From a virus (lineage: Duplodnaviria; Caudoviricetes): a DNA stretch of 64,000 nucleotides. Location of the stretch: the IMG/VR virus record IMGVR_UViG_3300027852_000032, positions 72,910 through 136,909 of that record, one strand, 5' to 3'. Below are positions 47,122 to 55,682 of this stretch, piece by piece. The notes under the pieces were generated by a model that was not told the origin of the DNA, ran no database searches, and saw nothing but the letters and a program-made list of their open reading frames with translations. The position numbers and the translations under genes are program-made. Position 1 is the stretch's first letter. Each line of letters begins with the position of its first letter.

Positions 47122-48432
47122 TCAATCTCTTGGCTCCCAATCAGAAGTATTGACCCATCCTTCGCTACAGATATTTATCCGAAGGGCAAAAGAAGTCTCT
47201 ATCTCCCTAATAAACATCTTGAACAATTTAGAATCAACATCGAAAGCATCTACCTTTATTCCATCAATCCATCCTCTCCACCAATTATCGATACAAAGAA
47301 GATATTGAGAAAGAAGATTATCAAGAGGATTTATTTTTTCTTTTAATGCCCCTCCGCCATCAATACTGTAATCTACTTTTTCAAGCCATTCCTGTATCGA
47401 TACAAATTTTTTAAATAACTTAATTTTGCAAGGGTTATAATTTGGAAGCCATATATCTTTCTTTATAATTTCAAAAACATATTCTTCAAAAATATTCTGC
47501 CATTCTTCTAAAGTCACAATCTCGATAAACCCATATGGTTGTGTCCTAAATACTCTTGCTCTTGAATAAGGTTTACTTATCAAAGGGAAACCTCTTGGGG
47601 ATAACTTTTCCTCTTTTGATGGAAGTTTGTTTTTTGTTAATAGATCACTTTCTTTTCTGAAGACAATTAAAGGTTGTGCTTCATCAACAAACTTATGTAA
47701 ACCTCTTTGGAGGAAATCTTCTAATGTCCATTTATAGCTCCAAAAATATTCGGGGTTCTTTAAAACTTCTGAGTAATTATGGAACGCTTTAAATATTTCT
47801 TCTTGGTTATAATCTTTTAAAGCTTTCGTTATTGCTGCCTTTTTTTTGGATGTTATCTTTTTATGGGTTATTATCTTTTTTTCGTTCCATTCTTTAAGAA
47901 AATCTATATTTATATTTTTATTAAGAGTATTTAAAGCATTTAAGGTAATAGTACTTAAAGCATTTGTATCAGGGTTCCCCAGACCCTGGAGAATCCCATG
48001 CTCACGTTTTTCCGGAGGGTGGGATTGAGGGAAAAGATTTTCTTTTTTCCACCAGATAAACTTGACATAAACATAATGACCTATGATTTTTTTTGTTTTT
48101 TTATCTCTTATCGTAGAATCCTCAATTAATCCAGTTTTTTTGAGTTCTTTTTTTGCCCTTCTAACTCTTTCTTCTGACCAACGCAACCCTTTAGCAGTAT
48201 AAGAAGTAGTCGCTTTCACGCTATTTGTTTCTTGCCATTTTGCAGTATAATAATAAAACCAATATAACGCCATTAAATCGCCTGGACGCTTGTAAACTTC
48301 CCCTTCATCTGGATCATTATTTAACAAGATATCTGATGTCGCTTTACTTATGACCATAGGCTCATTTTGATTATCATACATATCTTTCCGAACAACCTCT
48401 TCTTTTTTGACAAAATGCTCCCTACGTCTCAT
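47122..48432 (-). CDS. Replication initiator-like protein (N-terminal wHTH)
   Basis: LMALYWFY...TAKGLRWSEERVRRAKKELKKTGLI; located between primase and helicase. Confidence 0.65.
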   Translation of the reverse strand: MRRREHFVKKEEVVRKDMYDNQNEPMVISKATSDILLNNDPDEGEVYKRPGDLMALYWFYYYTAKWQETNSVKATTSYTAKGLRWSEERVRRAKKELKKTGLIEDSTIRDKKTKKIIGHYVYVKFIWWKKENLFPQSHPPEKREHGILQGLGNPDTNALSTITLNALNTLNKNINIDFLKEWNEKKIITHKKITSKKKAAITKALKDYNQEEIFKAFHNYSEVLKNPEYFWSYKWTLEDFLQRGLHKFVDEAQPLIVFRKESDLLTKNKLPSKEEKLSPRGFPLISKPYSRARVFRTQPYGFIEIVTLEEWQNIFEEYVFEIIKKDIWLPNYNPCKIKLFKKFVSIQEWLEKVDYSIDGGGALKEKINPLDNLLSQYLLCIDNWWRGWIDGIKVDAFDVDSKLFKMFIREIETSFALRINICSEGWVNTSDWEPRD

Positions 48433-48456
48433 TTTATACCCTCCTTTAAGTGCTGA

Positions 48457-49365
48457 TTAGATATTTAACTCTTTCATAATTTCATCCGCAATGTTTTGGG
48501 GCAAGTCTCCAGGGTCGGTCTCTTTTTTAATAAAAGATAATATTTCTACCTCCATCTTATTGCTGAACCCCCCTGTAAGAATATAACTTAATTCCTCTGC
48601 TCTCTGTTGTGCTTGTATCTCGGAATCAAAAAAGATAAACGCCAAATCGAAATTTTTTGAAATTAAATTAGCTTGCTGTTTTGTGAATGATATCCCAAAA
48701 ACCCCAATACATCCGATACCCATTCGCCATACATCCGTTATTCCTTCTGTTATCAAGCATTTTCGAGAATGAGAGGCAGCTTGATCAAGTCCGTAAACAC
48801 AATTTTGATGAGGGATTACCTCGTCTTCTTGTTTACATGCAAGATATTTTTGAGGATGGTTCCCTGTAATATCTCTGGATTGATAAGATACTAATCTGTT
48901 ATTTTGATAAATGGGAGCAAGAATTCTATTCTTATAGAGTCCTACATGTTTAGTTGATGAAATCCCCCAAAGACGGGCAAGTTTATCTGCATCAAACTTT
49001 CTTCCAGCAAGATACCTTCTTGCTTTCTGGGATAATGGTTCGTGATCAGGAAGACGAATTTTATTTTTGCGAACTATTTTTTTATCTTGGAATGCTTTAT
49101 CAACAGAAGAGTATTTTTTTAGAATTTCCTTTACAGTCTGATAATTTTGACCTGTTAACTTTTGGATTGTTTTTGAAAGAGAGGAAAAGCCGCACCTATG
49201 GCAATTATAATATCCTTTTTGAATGTTGAATCCTCCATGGTACCCCGAATGACCAGAACATCCCATTTGGCAAACGATATTAACCCATCCGGGGCGATAA
49301 TGTTTCCCCCCTTTAGAATAATCAATATTATAATCTTGGCAAAATTTCAGAGCGTTAAATGACAT
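48457..49365 (-). CDS. DNA primase (zinc finger plus TOPRIM)
   Basis: C..C...H, YNCHRCG, YL..R, ITEGITD, FFDSE, DPGD. Confidence 0.88.
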   Translation of the reverse strand: MSFNALKFCQDYNIDYSKGGKHYRPGWVNIVCQMGCSGHSGYHGGFNIQKGYYNCHRCGFSSLSKTIQKLTGQNYQTVKEILKKYSSVDKAFQDKKIVRKNKIRLPDHEPLSQKARRYLAGRKFDADKLARLWGISSTKHVGLYKNRILAPIYQNNRLVSYQSRDITGNHPQKYLACKQEDEVIPHQNCVYGLDQAASHSRKCLITEGITDVWRMGIGCIGVFGISFTKQQANLISKNFDLAFIFFDSEIQAQQRAEELSYILTGGFSNKMEVEILSFIKKETDPGDLPQNIADEIMKELNI

Positions 49366-49588
49366 TTTTTTTCCTATTAAACCGGAGAGAGCTCTCTTCT
49401 TTTTTCTTTTTATATGAAGAAGAAATATAAACGTTCCCCTCTTCGTTTATTCTACTGCCATCTATATCGACAACATTTTCATTACTCATCCAGGGTCTAT
49501 ATTTAAAATCTTTTATCATTTTAATAGCGATACCAAACGAAGCGGCGTTATATTCTTTTTCTAAAATTCCGGGTTTTTTCTTGCTCAT
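49355..49588 (-). CDS. Hypothetical protein
   Basis: 77 aa ORF with AAGGAG RBS. Confidence 0.55.
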   Translation of the reverse strand: MSKKKPGILEKEYNAASFGIAIKMIKDFKYRPWMSNENVVDIDGSRINEEGNVYISSSYKKKKEESSLRFNRKKNVI

Positions 49589-49620
49589 GATTTTTCTCCT
49601 TCTGTATGTTTGATAATCGG

Positions 49621-49720
49621 TTTTAAGCCCCTTTAATTTAGAAAGGAGTACGATGACATTGACTCGTTATAGATCGTTTCGCCTTGGTAGTAGATCTTTA
49701 GCGAGGTAGGTGTTTATTTT
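49621..49720. repeat. Dispersed ~100-bp element, copy C (inverted)
   Basis: GTACGATGACATTGA ... GATC-N17-GATC; reverse complement aligns with A and B. Confidence 0.9.
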
Positions 49721-49721
49721 G

Positions 49722-49768
49722 TTTCTTCCTCCTTGGGAATAGCTGTTATTTACCCCAAGGAGGAGAAA
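49722..49768. terminator. Strong stem-loop, probable terminator
   Basis: TCCTCCTTGGG (49727-49737) pairs with CCCAAGGAGGA (49754-49764), immediately after the 49770 stop. Confidence 0.65.
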
Positions 49769-49769
49769 A

Positions 49770-50213
49770 CTACTTTAATTTACATATCATCCGGAAATGA
49801 AGACATTGTATATTGTAACCCCCTGCATAAATAAATTCATAAGAAAAATGTTTTATTCCGTTTATTAACCATTCAGCGCTCATTTCATCAAAATGGAGTA
49901 ATTCAATAGTATCGATTTTAACCCCTTTTAATTTTTTATACGCCGCTTTTTCAGCGCTTAGAAATTTGGCATCGGCGTCTTTTTTAATCTTTGCTTTTAG
50001 ATCACTTTTTGATTTATGAAAATACTGAGACATTGATTTGGTATACCCTCTCTCTTTTTTCAAAGCATCCGCCTCATAAGCATTTTTAGTAATATGATAA
50101 ACCTCAGATGTACAATATTTCTCCATTTTTTTTATGAAATTAAATTTTGCTGCCGCATACTTTTCAAGAATTGGAGTGACTGTTTCTTTTAATTTGTTTA
50201 TTATTTCTTCCAT
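49770..50213 (-). CDS. Hypothetical early protein
   Basis: 147 aa; C-terminal IYAGGYNIQCLHFR; AGGAGG RBS downstream of promoter P2. Confidence 0.75.
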   Translation of the reverse strand: MEEIINKLKETVTPILEKYAAAKFNFIKKMEKYCTSEVYHITKNAYEADALKKERGYTKSMSQYFHKSKSDLKAKIKKDADAKFLSAEKAAYKKLKGVKIDTIELLHFDEMSAEWLINGIKHFSYEFIYAGGYNIQCLHFRMICKLK

Positions 50214-50246
50214 TTTCCCTCCTTAATTAAATTAAATGTTATAAAC

Positions 50247-50366
50247 AATATAAACAATATAAATAATATGGTCAACCTCAGTTATAGATGATTATAGATG
50301 ATTATAGATGATTATAGATGGCTATAAAGACATTTATCTTTTTTACATAGTTTATCTAAAAAGTTC
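50247..50366 (-). promoter_or_regulatory. Sigma70-type promoter P2 with 10-bp repeats and TAAAAAGTTC box
   Basis: TTGACC-N17-TATATT; RTTATAGATG x4 at 50281-50320; box at 50357. Confidence 0.8.
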
Positions 50367-52037
50367 TTTATTTTTCATTTGATCAATTAAATCAGAAAGA
50401 ACCGTACCCTCGGAAACAGCCTTTCCTTCTAATATATTTGATAAGACCTTTTGTTTTTTACTGATGATGTCAGCTATATCTTCTTCAATTGTGTTACTTG
50501 CTACTAAATACCAGATATTAACACTATTTGATTTCTGGCCTATTCTATGCACTCTGTCTTCAGCTTGTTCTAATTCTCCCGGAGCCCATGGAAATTCTAA
50601 AAAACAGACGTTTGACGAAGCAGTCAAGGTAATCCCTACTCCAGCGGCTTTAATATTCCCTATAAACAATTTAACCCAAGGGTCGTTTTGAAAATCGTCA
50701 ACTGCTTTTTGACGAATACGACTTGGAGTTGATCCGTCAATCTTAACCGCTATATGGCTGAAGTTATCCATTAAAGAATCAATTACTTTTTTATGAGAAC
50801 AAAAAACAATTAATTTTTGATCTGATTCTACAAAATCATTAATCCATCTTATAGATTGTTTCATTTTTCCATCTACGGCAAGCTGCTTTAATTTCTCAAA
50901 GGCAACTAATGATTTTGCTTTTTTTGCTTTTTTTGCTTCTTCCTCCCCTTCGTTTTCTTTAATCCATTTGATAATATCTTTTTCAGCTGACTTATATTTC
51001 TTTGAATTATCAATTTCAAGAGAGATAACAGTCTTTGTTTTTGCAGGTAACTCCTTTAAAACGTCCTCTTTTTTTCGTCTAATCATAATTGTTTTGGTCA
51101 ATATTTCGTGCAACTCTTGTGTATTTGTGGCTCCTGTAAAGTCCCACCCCCATCCATTATTCTTTGCTCCGCAATATCTATGAGCAAATTTCCATCGACT
51201 GGGGAAAAGCTTAGGGTCAATAATTTTAATTATATTGAAAAATTCAATCGGCCGGTTAACAATCGGCGTTCCTGATAAAGCTATTACCTTGTCTATCTTT
51301 TTGCAAATCTTGATAACGGATTTTGTACGTTTAGCTTTGGAGTTTTTGCAATAATGACATTCATCCAAAATAACCGCTTTGAAATTATGACTCAGTATTC
51401 TTTTTTCTTGCTTCAACAAAATATCATAATTAATAATGACTATATCCCCATGTAAAGGGATATCTATTATTTTTGTTGAAGCACCCGAACAAATCTGGAC
51501 GTTTGTATTTTCTAAAGAATCAGACATCCATTTATTTATTTCCTTTTTCCAATTGAGCTTCAAACTTGCGGGAACAATGATTAAGGCTGGCCTTAATTCA
51601 AGATGCTTCTGGAGATATGCTAAGGCTTGCGCGGTTTTCCCCAAGCCCATATCGTCTCCAATAAGAGCCCTCCCATCTTTATTTTCAATAAAAGAAACCC
51701 CTGTTTTTTGATAAGCGTATAATTCCTTTTTAAGCCCAAAAATTTTAAATTCGTTGGGTTTATTGGGTTTATTGGGTTTATTGGGAGCGAACTTCTCTTT
51801 CATAAGTTGATTGATATATTTGGGCATTGATCTTTTTATATAGGCGATTTGTTTTTTCGACAAAGACTTTTTATTCAAGATCTGCTTTACTATATCTGAC
51901 ATGAGCTTCTCGTCGATTAAAGTAAAGCCGTTGTTAATGGTTCTTCCTGAATTTTTCTTAGAGTGAATTTTTAGAAGAGATGCGATCGCCCATTCATCAT
52001 TTGTTTTAATTAATTTTATTAATTCTTCTTTTTTCAT
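50352..52037 (-). CDS. SNF2-family helicase/ATPase
   Basis: LYAYQ, DDMGLGKT, VPASLKLNW, LDECH, LSGTP, GVGITLT, QAEDRVHRIGQ. Confidence 0.95.
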   Translation of the reverse strand: MKKEELIKLIKTNDEWAIASLLKIHSKKNSGRTINNGFTLIDEKLMSDIVKQILNKKSLSKKQIAYIKRSMPKYINQLMKEKFAPNKPNKPNKPNEFKIFGLKKELYAYQKTGVSFIENKDGRALIGDDMGLGKTAQALAYLQKHLELRPALIIVPASLKLNWKKEINKWMSDSLENTNVQICSGASTKIIDIPLHGDIVIINYDILLKQEKRILSHNFKAVILDECHYCKNSKAKRTKSVIKICKKIDKVIALSGTPIVNRPIEFFNIIKIIDPKLFPSRWKFAHRYCGAKNNGWGWDFTGATNTQELHEILTKTIMIRRKKEDVLKELPAKTKTVISLEIDNSKKYKSAEKDIIKWIKENEGEEEAKKAKKAKSLVAFEKLKQLAVDGKMKQSIRWINDFVESDQKLIVFCSHKKVIDSLMDNFSHIAVKIDGSTPSRIRQKAVDDFQNDPWVKLFIGNIKAAGVGITLTASSNVCFLEFPWAPGELEQAEDRVHRIGQKSNSVNIWYLVASNTIEEDIADIISKKQKVLSNILEGKAVSEGTVLSDLIDQMKNKELFR

Positions 52038-52046
52038 TTTTACCCT

Positions 52047-52544
52047 TTATAAAATTTGGCTGATTTCTTTAAAAGCTTTTGTAATGGCGGGGATTTTCCA
52101 TCCTTTAAGACGAAGGTACCCAGACAATTGATGTTTGTTTAAAGTAGATTTAGGGAGCATATCCACTAAATCTAAAGGAGCGTGAAGAACTGTTTCTATA
52201 ATTTCTTTTGCCTCTTGGGATAAATTTTTAATCTTATCTGAAAAAATACATCTATCTTCCTGAGAAGGAGGGTGTATAGGTTCCCATTCTTCAATCCCGA
52301 CAATCTCCGCCTTATATTTTGAACATCTTGATTTGATACACATATTTTGCAGATGGTTTTTAATAGCTGTATAGAGGTAGGTTGAAAACTTTCCTTTTTC
52401 TTCTTTAAAATTATGCTGGCATTCAACAAACTGTAGATTTGCTTCCGCTACTAACTCTTCTAATTCAATACCTGTAATTCTATTATATTTCCATGCTAAT
52501 TTCAGTATTAATTTTTCGTAATCTGCATAATTTTTATATTCCAT
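52047..52544 (-). CDS. Phage sigma70-like factor (region 2)
   Basis: LILKLAWKY...LEELVAEA...F....GKFSTYLY..IKN. Confidence 0.8.
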   Translation of the reverse strand: MEYKNYADYEKLILKLAWKYNRITGIELEELVAEANLQFVECQHNFKEEKGKFSTYLYTAIKNHLQNMCIKSRCSKYKAEIVGIEEWEPIHPPSQEDRCIFSDKIKNLSQEAKEIIETVLHAPLDLVDMLPKSTLNKHQLSGYLRLKGWKIPAITKAFKEISQIL

Positions 52545-52601
52545 TTTATTTCCACTCCCTTTTAAATTAAATTAAATTAAATTAAATTAAAAACTATAAG
52601 T

Positions 52602-52721
52602 AATATAAAAGATATAAAGGGTATCGTCAACCCCGACCATAGATAGTTATAGATAGTTATAGATAGTTATGAGGATTAAGGAAAACAAATAGACTTTTTT
52701 CTTATATTATTTAAAAAGTTC
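52602..52721 (-). promoter_or_regulatory. Sigma70-type promoter P3 with 10-bp repeats and TAAAAAGTTC box
   Basis: TTGACG-N17-TATATT; ATAGATAGTT x3 at 52639-52668; box at 52712. Confidence 0.8.
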
Positions 52722-52889
52722 GTTTATTTACCGTTGTTTTCAACAAAACTTAACAAAACTTAATGAAATTTATTAAAATTTGTTAAAAAAAGTAGATGTA
52801 TCTTGTATAATAAAGCATTAAGCAAAAACATTAGTCAAACATTAGTCAAACATTAGTCAAACATTAACCAAGTAAAAAAGGAAAATAAA

Positions 52890-53171
52890 ATGGACGCGAA
52901 CACTTATAAGGAAAAATCAAAAGAGCTTAAAGAAAAATACAGAAAAGACAAAAGAGTTCTCGATAAACATTATGCTTTGTCAAATAGTGAAGTAAAGATC
53001 GGAGACTTTATCGATAACGGCCGATGGAGAATTAAGGTTGCCCAAATACTTCTTTGTTATTTTACAGATACCCCAGAATGCGCTTACAAAGGAAAGAGGT
53101 ACACCAAGGAAATGAGAGAATTCAAAACAGGCGAAACAGCGGTAATTTACCAACACGAAAAGTTGGTATGA
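52890..53171 (+). CDS. Hypothetical early protein
   Basis: 93 aa ORF with AAGGA RBS; TGTATAAT at 52804-52811 upstream. Confidence 0.7.
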   Translation: MDANTYKEKSKELKEKYRKDKRVLDKHYALSNSEVKIGDFIDNGRWRIKVAQILLCYFTDTPECAYKGKRYTKEMREFKTGETAVIYQHEKLV

Positions 53172-53182
53172 TCCAATAGTCA

Positions 53183-53326
53183 GTCACGGCTACTCCTTTA
53201 CGCTTTTCCCCGCGGATATTTAAGCGTAGCAAACAAAACCCCTTTACGACTCTTCCGTTAGCCGTGACATTTCATTTATTGCGGAAGGATGCTGGCGCAT
53301 CAGCAAAGGGGAGCGGGGTTCAACCC
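53183..53326 (+). ncRNA. Candidate structured RNA (unassigned)
   Basis: Several complementary segments in a GC-richer intergenic region (see findings); strand uncertain. Confidence 0.4.
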
Positions 53327-53357
53327 ATAATATCTATATGAACAAGGAGAGTGAATT

Positions 53358-53978
53358 GTGACAAACATAGTCAGTTTCAGCGGAGGAAAAGATTCGACAG
53401 CCATGCTTTTAATGATGCTTGAGAAAAAAGAAAAAATTCACTCTGCTGTTCATTTTGAAACAGAAAGAGAGTTTCCTGAAATACTTTCTCATATAGAAAA
53501 AATAACAAAGGAAGTAGACGTAAAAATCCAAAAGGTGAGATATTGGATAGATTTCGACTTTCTTGAAGACAGGTATGGAAGACCGCATCCGTCAGGTGGA
53601 TGGTGCGCTGCGAGAAAGGCGAATGAGTGCAACAAGTATATGAGGTTAATGGTAAAAGATAATCCTAAGGCCGTCGAGTGCATAGGATTCGCATCAGATG
53701 AAAGAAATAGAGCTGAAAAATTATTGCTCTCGAAAAGTAAAAAATGGCCTCTTCGATTTCCATTAATCGAATGGGAAATAACCGAAAAAATGGCTTTGGA
53801 ATATTGCTACGACAAAGGTTATCTTTTCGATAACATTTATGATTGGATGCCGTCCAAACGGGTCAGCTGTTATGATTGCGTCAAACAGTCTGAAGCAGAT
53901 TGGAACGCCATAAAGAAGTATCACCCTGAATTGTTAAAAGGTAAAAAATACATAGATTTCAAAAGGAAAAATAAATAA
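53358..53978 (+). CDS. PAPS-reductase-family (PP-loop) protein
   Basis: VSFSGGKDS, WC..K, IGF..DE..R, FPLIEW, RVSCYDC. Confidence 0.85.
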   Translation: MTNIVSFSGGKDSTAMLLMMLEKKEKIHSAVHFETEREFPEILSHIEKITKEVDVKIQKVRYWIDFDFLEDRYGRPHPSGGWCAARKANECNKYMRLMVKDNPKAVECIGFASDERNRAEKLLLSKSKKWPLRFPLIEWEITEKMALEYCYDKGYLFDNIYDWMPSKRVSCYDCVKQSEADWNAIKKYHPELLKGKKYIDFKRKNK

Positions 53979-54151
53979 AATAACAAAACCTTCTATTGTG
54001 CATGGCGAGACCTGCGTCAAGGCGCCCATATAAACGAAGGTTATTTACACATGGTTGTTTGTATTGTGAGAGGTGTCATCGGGCAATATAATTAAAACAA
54101 CCAATAGAGCGAAATTTTTATTAACGAAAACAATCAAAAAGAAGGAGCATT

Positions 54152-54487
54152 ATGTCTAAAAGAAAACCTACTGCAAAAAAAGAAAAAACAAAACCAGCCC
54201 CCAGTCTCGTATCCAAAAAAGAATTTATAGCAAAAATTCAGTTGAAATTGTCTCTGGATAATTTAGGGCAAGCGGAAGAGGTTCTCGACGCTATTAATGA
54301 AATAATGGTGAAAGCTATGATAGAGGGGAGATGTATCTCTCTTTCTAAAATCGGAAGATTTTCTACAAAAAACAGGCCCGCCAGGAAAGGAAGAAACCCC
54401 CGGTCAGGAGAAACAATTGACATCGCTGCAAAAAATACCCCTGTTTTTAAACCTTGTTTATTTTTAAAAGAAATTATAAATGAATGA
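54152..54487 (+). CDS. HU/IHF-family DNA-binding protein
   Basis: IGRFS...RPARKGRNPRSGETIDI.AK..P.FKP. Confidence 0.93.
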   Translation: MSKRKPTAKKEKTKPAPSLVSKKEFIAKIQLKLSLDNLGQAEEVLDAINEIMVKAMIEGRCISLSKIGRFSTKNRPARKGRNPRSGETIDIAAKNTPVFKPCLFLKEIINE

Positions 54488-54599
54488 AGAAAATGAAGAA
54501 AATGAAGAGAATGAAGAAAATGAAGAGGTAGAGTTAATGCCCGATTTTTCCTTACCTATCGCAGGATTATCGGAAATCATAAAAAAATTAAAAAAATAA
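54480..54599 (+). CDS. Small acidic protein, 39 aa (not in ORF track)
   Basis: MNEENEENEENEENEEVELMPDFSLPIAGLSEIIKKLKK*; overlaps the HU stop and ends 2 nt before the next ATG. Confidence 0.55.
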   Translation: MNEENEENEENEENEEVELMPDFSLPIAGLSEIIKKLKK

Positions 54600-54601
54600 A
54601 T

Positions 54602-55006
54602 ATGAGAAATTCTAGGCCAAGTTATTTAGTGAAATGTCCTGATTGCCTGCAAGAAAGATCAATTTCTTATGCAATATACAGAAGGGTAACTATAGGGGAG
54701 CTTTCAGGTCGTTGCTTAAAATGCGGAATCAAATATAGAGACAAGAAAAAGTTACTCAATATAAAAGAAGAAATAAGTGAACCTTATATCCGTCTACACG
54801 GATGTAAAATTTTTAAACACCCCCCGATGTTTTCTTCAAAAAGATGCGACCATTTTTTTGAATGCGTACATCGCAAAGATTGTCTTAATACGATAGCATT
54901 AAAAAAATGGGCAGGTTTTTTATCTGATAGCAAAGGTTTTGAAGAGGGAAGGAAATCTGAAATAAAAGGAGACTCATTTAATGGAAATAGAAGAATCTCA
55001 GATTAA
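54602..55006 (+). CDS. Cys-rich (zinc-binding) hypothetical protein
   Basis: CPDC, CLKC and further C/H clusters. Confidence 0.65.
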   Translation: MRNSRPSYLVKCPDCLQERSISYAIYRRVTIGELSGRCLKCGIKYRDKKKLLNIKEEISEPYIRLHGCKIFKHPPMFSSKRCDHFFECVHRKDCLNTIALKKWAGFLSDSKGFEEGRKSEIKGDSFNGNRRISD

Positions 55007-55247
55007 AACTATCAAGGAGATTCCAACACTAACAAGGTGTATTATTGATAAAAAAACAATACCTAATTGGGAAGATGTTGTCGAAGGTATTTATCAATCT
55101 GAAAAAGCCCTTTTCCTCCTCAAGAAAATAGCGGAGGGATTTTACCCAGACCTTTATCGCTGGAAAATGCCCGATTCCCAAGAACGAATGAAAAGGGAAG
55201 GGGTTCAGATTAACCAACAAGTTCCTCAAGAGAAAAGATTAAGGTAA
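54981..55247 (+). CDS. Hypothetical protein
   Basis: 88 aa with AAGGAG RBS. Confidence 0.6.
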   Translation: MEIEESQIKTIKEIPTLTRCIIDKKTIPNWEDVVEGIYQSEKALFLLKKIAEGFYPDLYRWKMPDSQERMKREGVQINQQVPQEKRLR

Positions 55248-55249
55248 CT

Positions 55250-55298
55250 TTTTTTATGGGTACTTAGGTCAATTCAAAACCTGAGTACCCATATTTGT
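55250..55298. terminator. Bidirectional terminator between convergent gene blocks
   Basis: TATGGGTACTTAGGT pairs with ACCTGAGTACCCATA (one G.T); T-rich flanks. Confidence 0.8.
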
Positions 55299-55682
55299 TT
55301 ATAATTCGGGATTCCATTCTACTGTTTTTTTATGAAAATATCCCGGGATCACTATAACCCCAGATCTTTTTATATTCCGAAATCCAAACGATGTCTTTCT
55401 GTAACACATCATTTCATAATACACATTCGCCGCTATTAATTTTGAAACAACAGGGCTTGAATTTTTCCTGCTTAAATAATCGTGTATTAATCCGGAAACA
55501 GGAGAGCCTCCCCTAAAGAAAAGGATAGTTTCCCAATCCATATAAAAATTGAATGGGATTTCCACTTGCCATTTAAGCCCAGCTTTCCTTAAAACATCAC
55601 TTTCGAAATAAAAAGGCGATATTAGTTTAGAAATAGGAGGCTCCACCATTTTTGTGGCGGGCATACTAAGAATATGCGTCAT
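55299..55682 (-). CDS. DUF1353-like protein
   Basis: IPFNFYMD, LIHDYL, A..VY.E. Confidence 0.6.
   Translation of the reverse strand: MTHILSMPATKMVEPPISKLISPFYFESDVLRKAGLKWQVEIPFNFYMDWETILFFRGGSPVSGLIHDYLSRKNSSPVVSKLIAANVYYEMMCYRKTSFGFRNIKRSGVIVIPGYFHKKTVEWNPEL

Noticed and set aside
53305-53330. tRNA (GGTTCAA T-loop-like sequence)
   Set aside because: No compatible T-stem, acceptor stem or cloverleaf could be built
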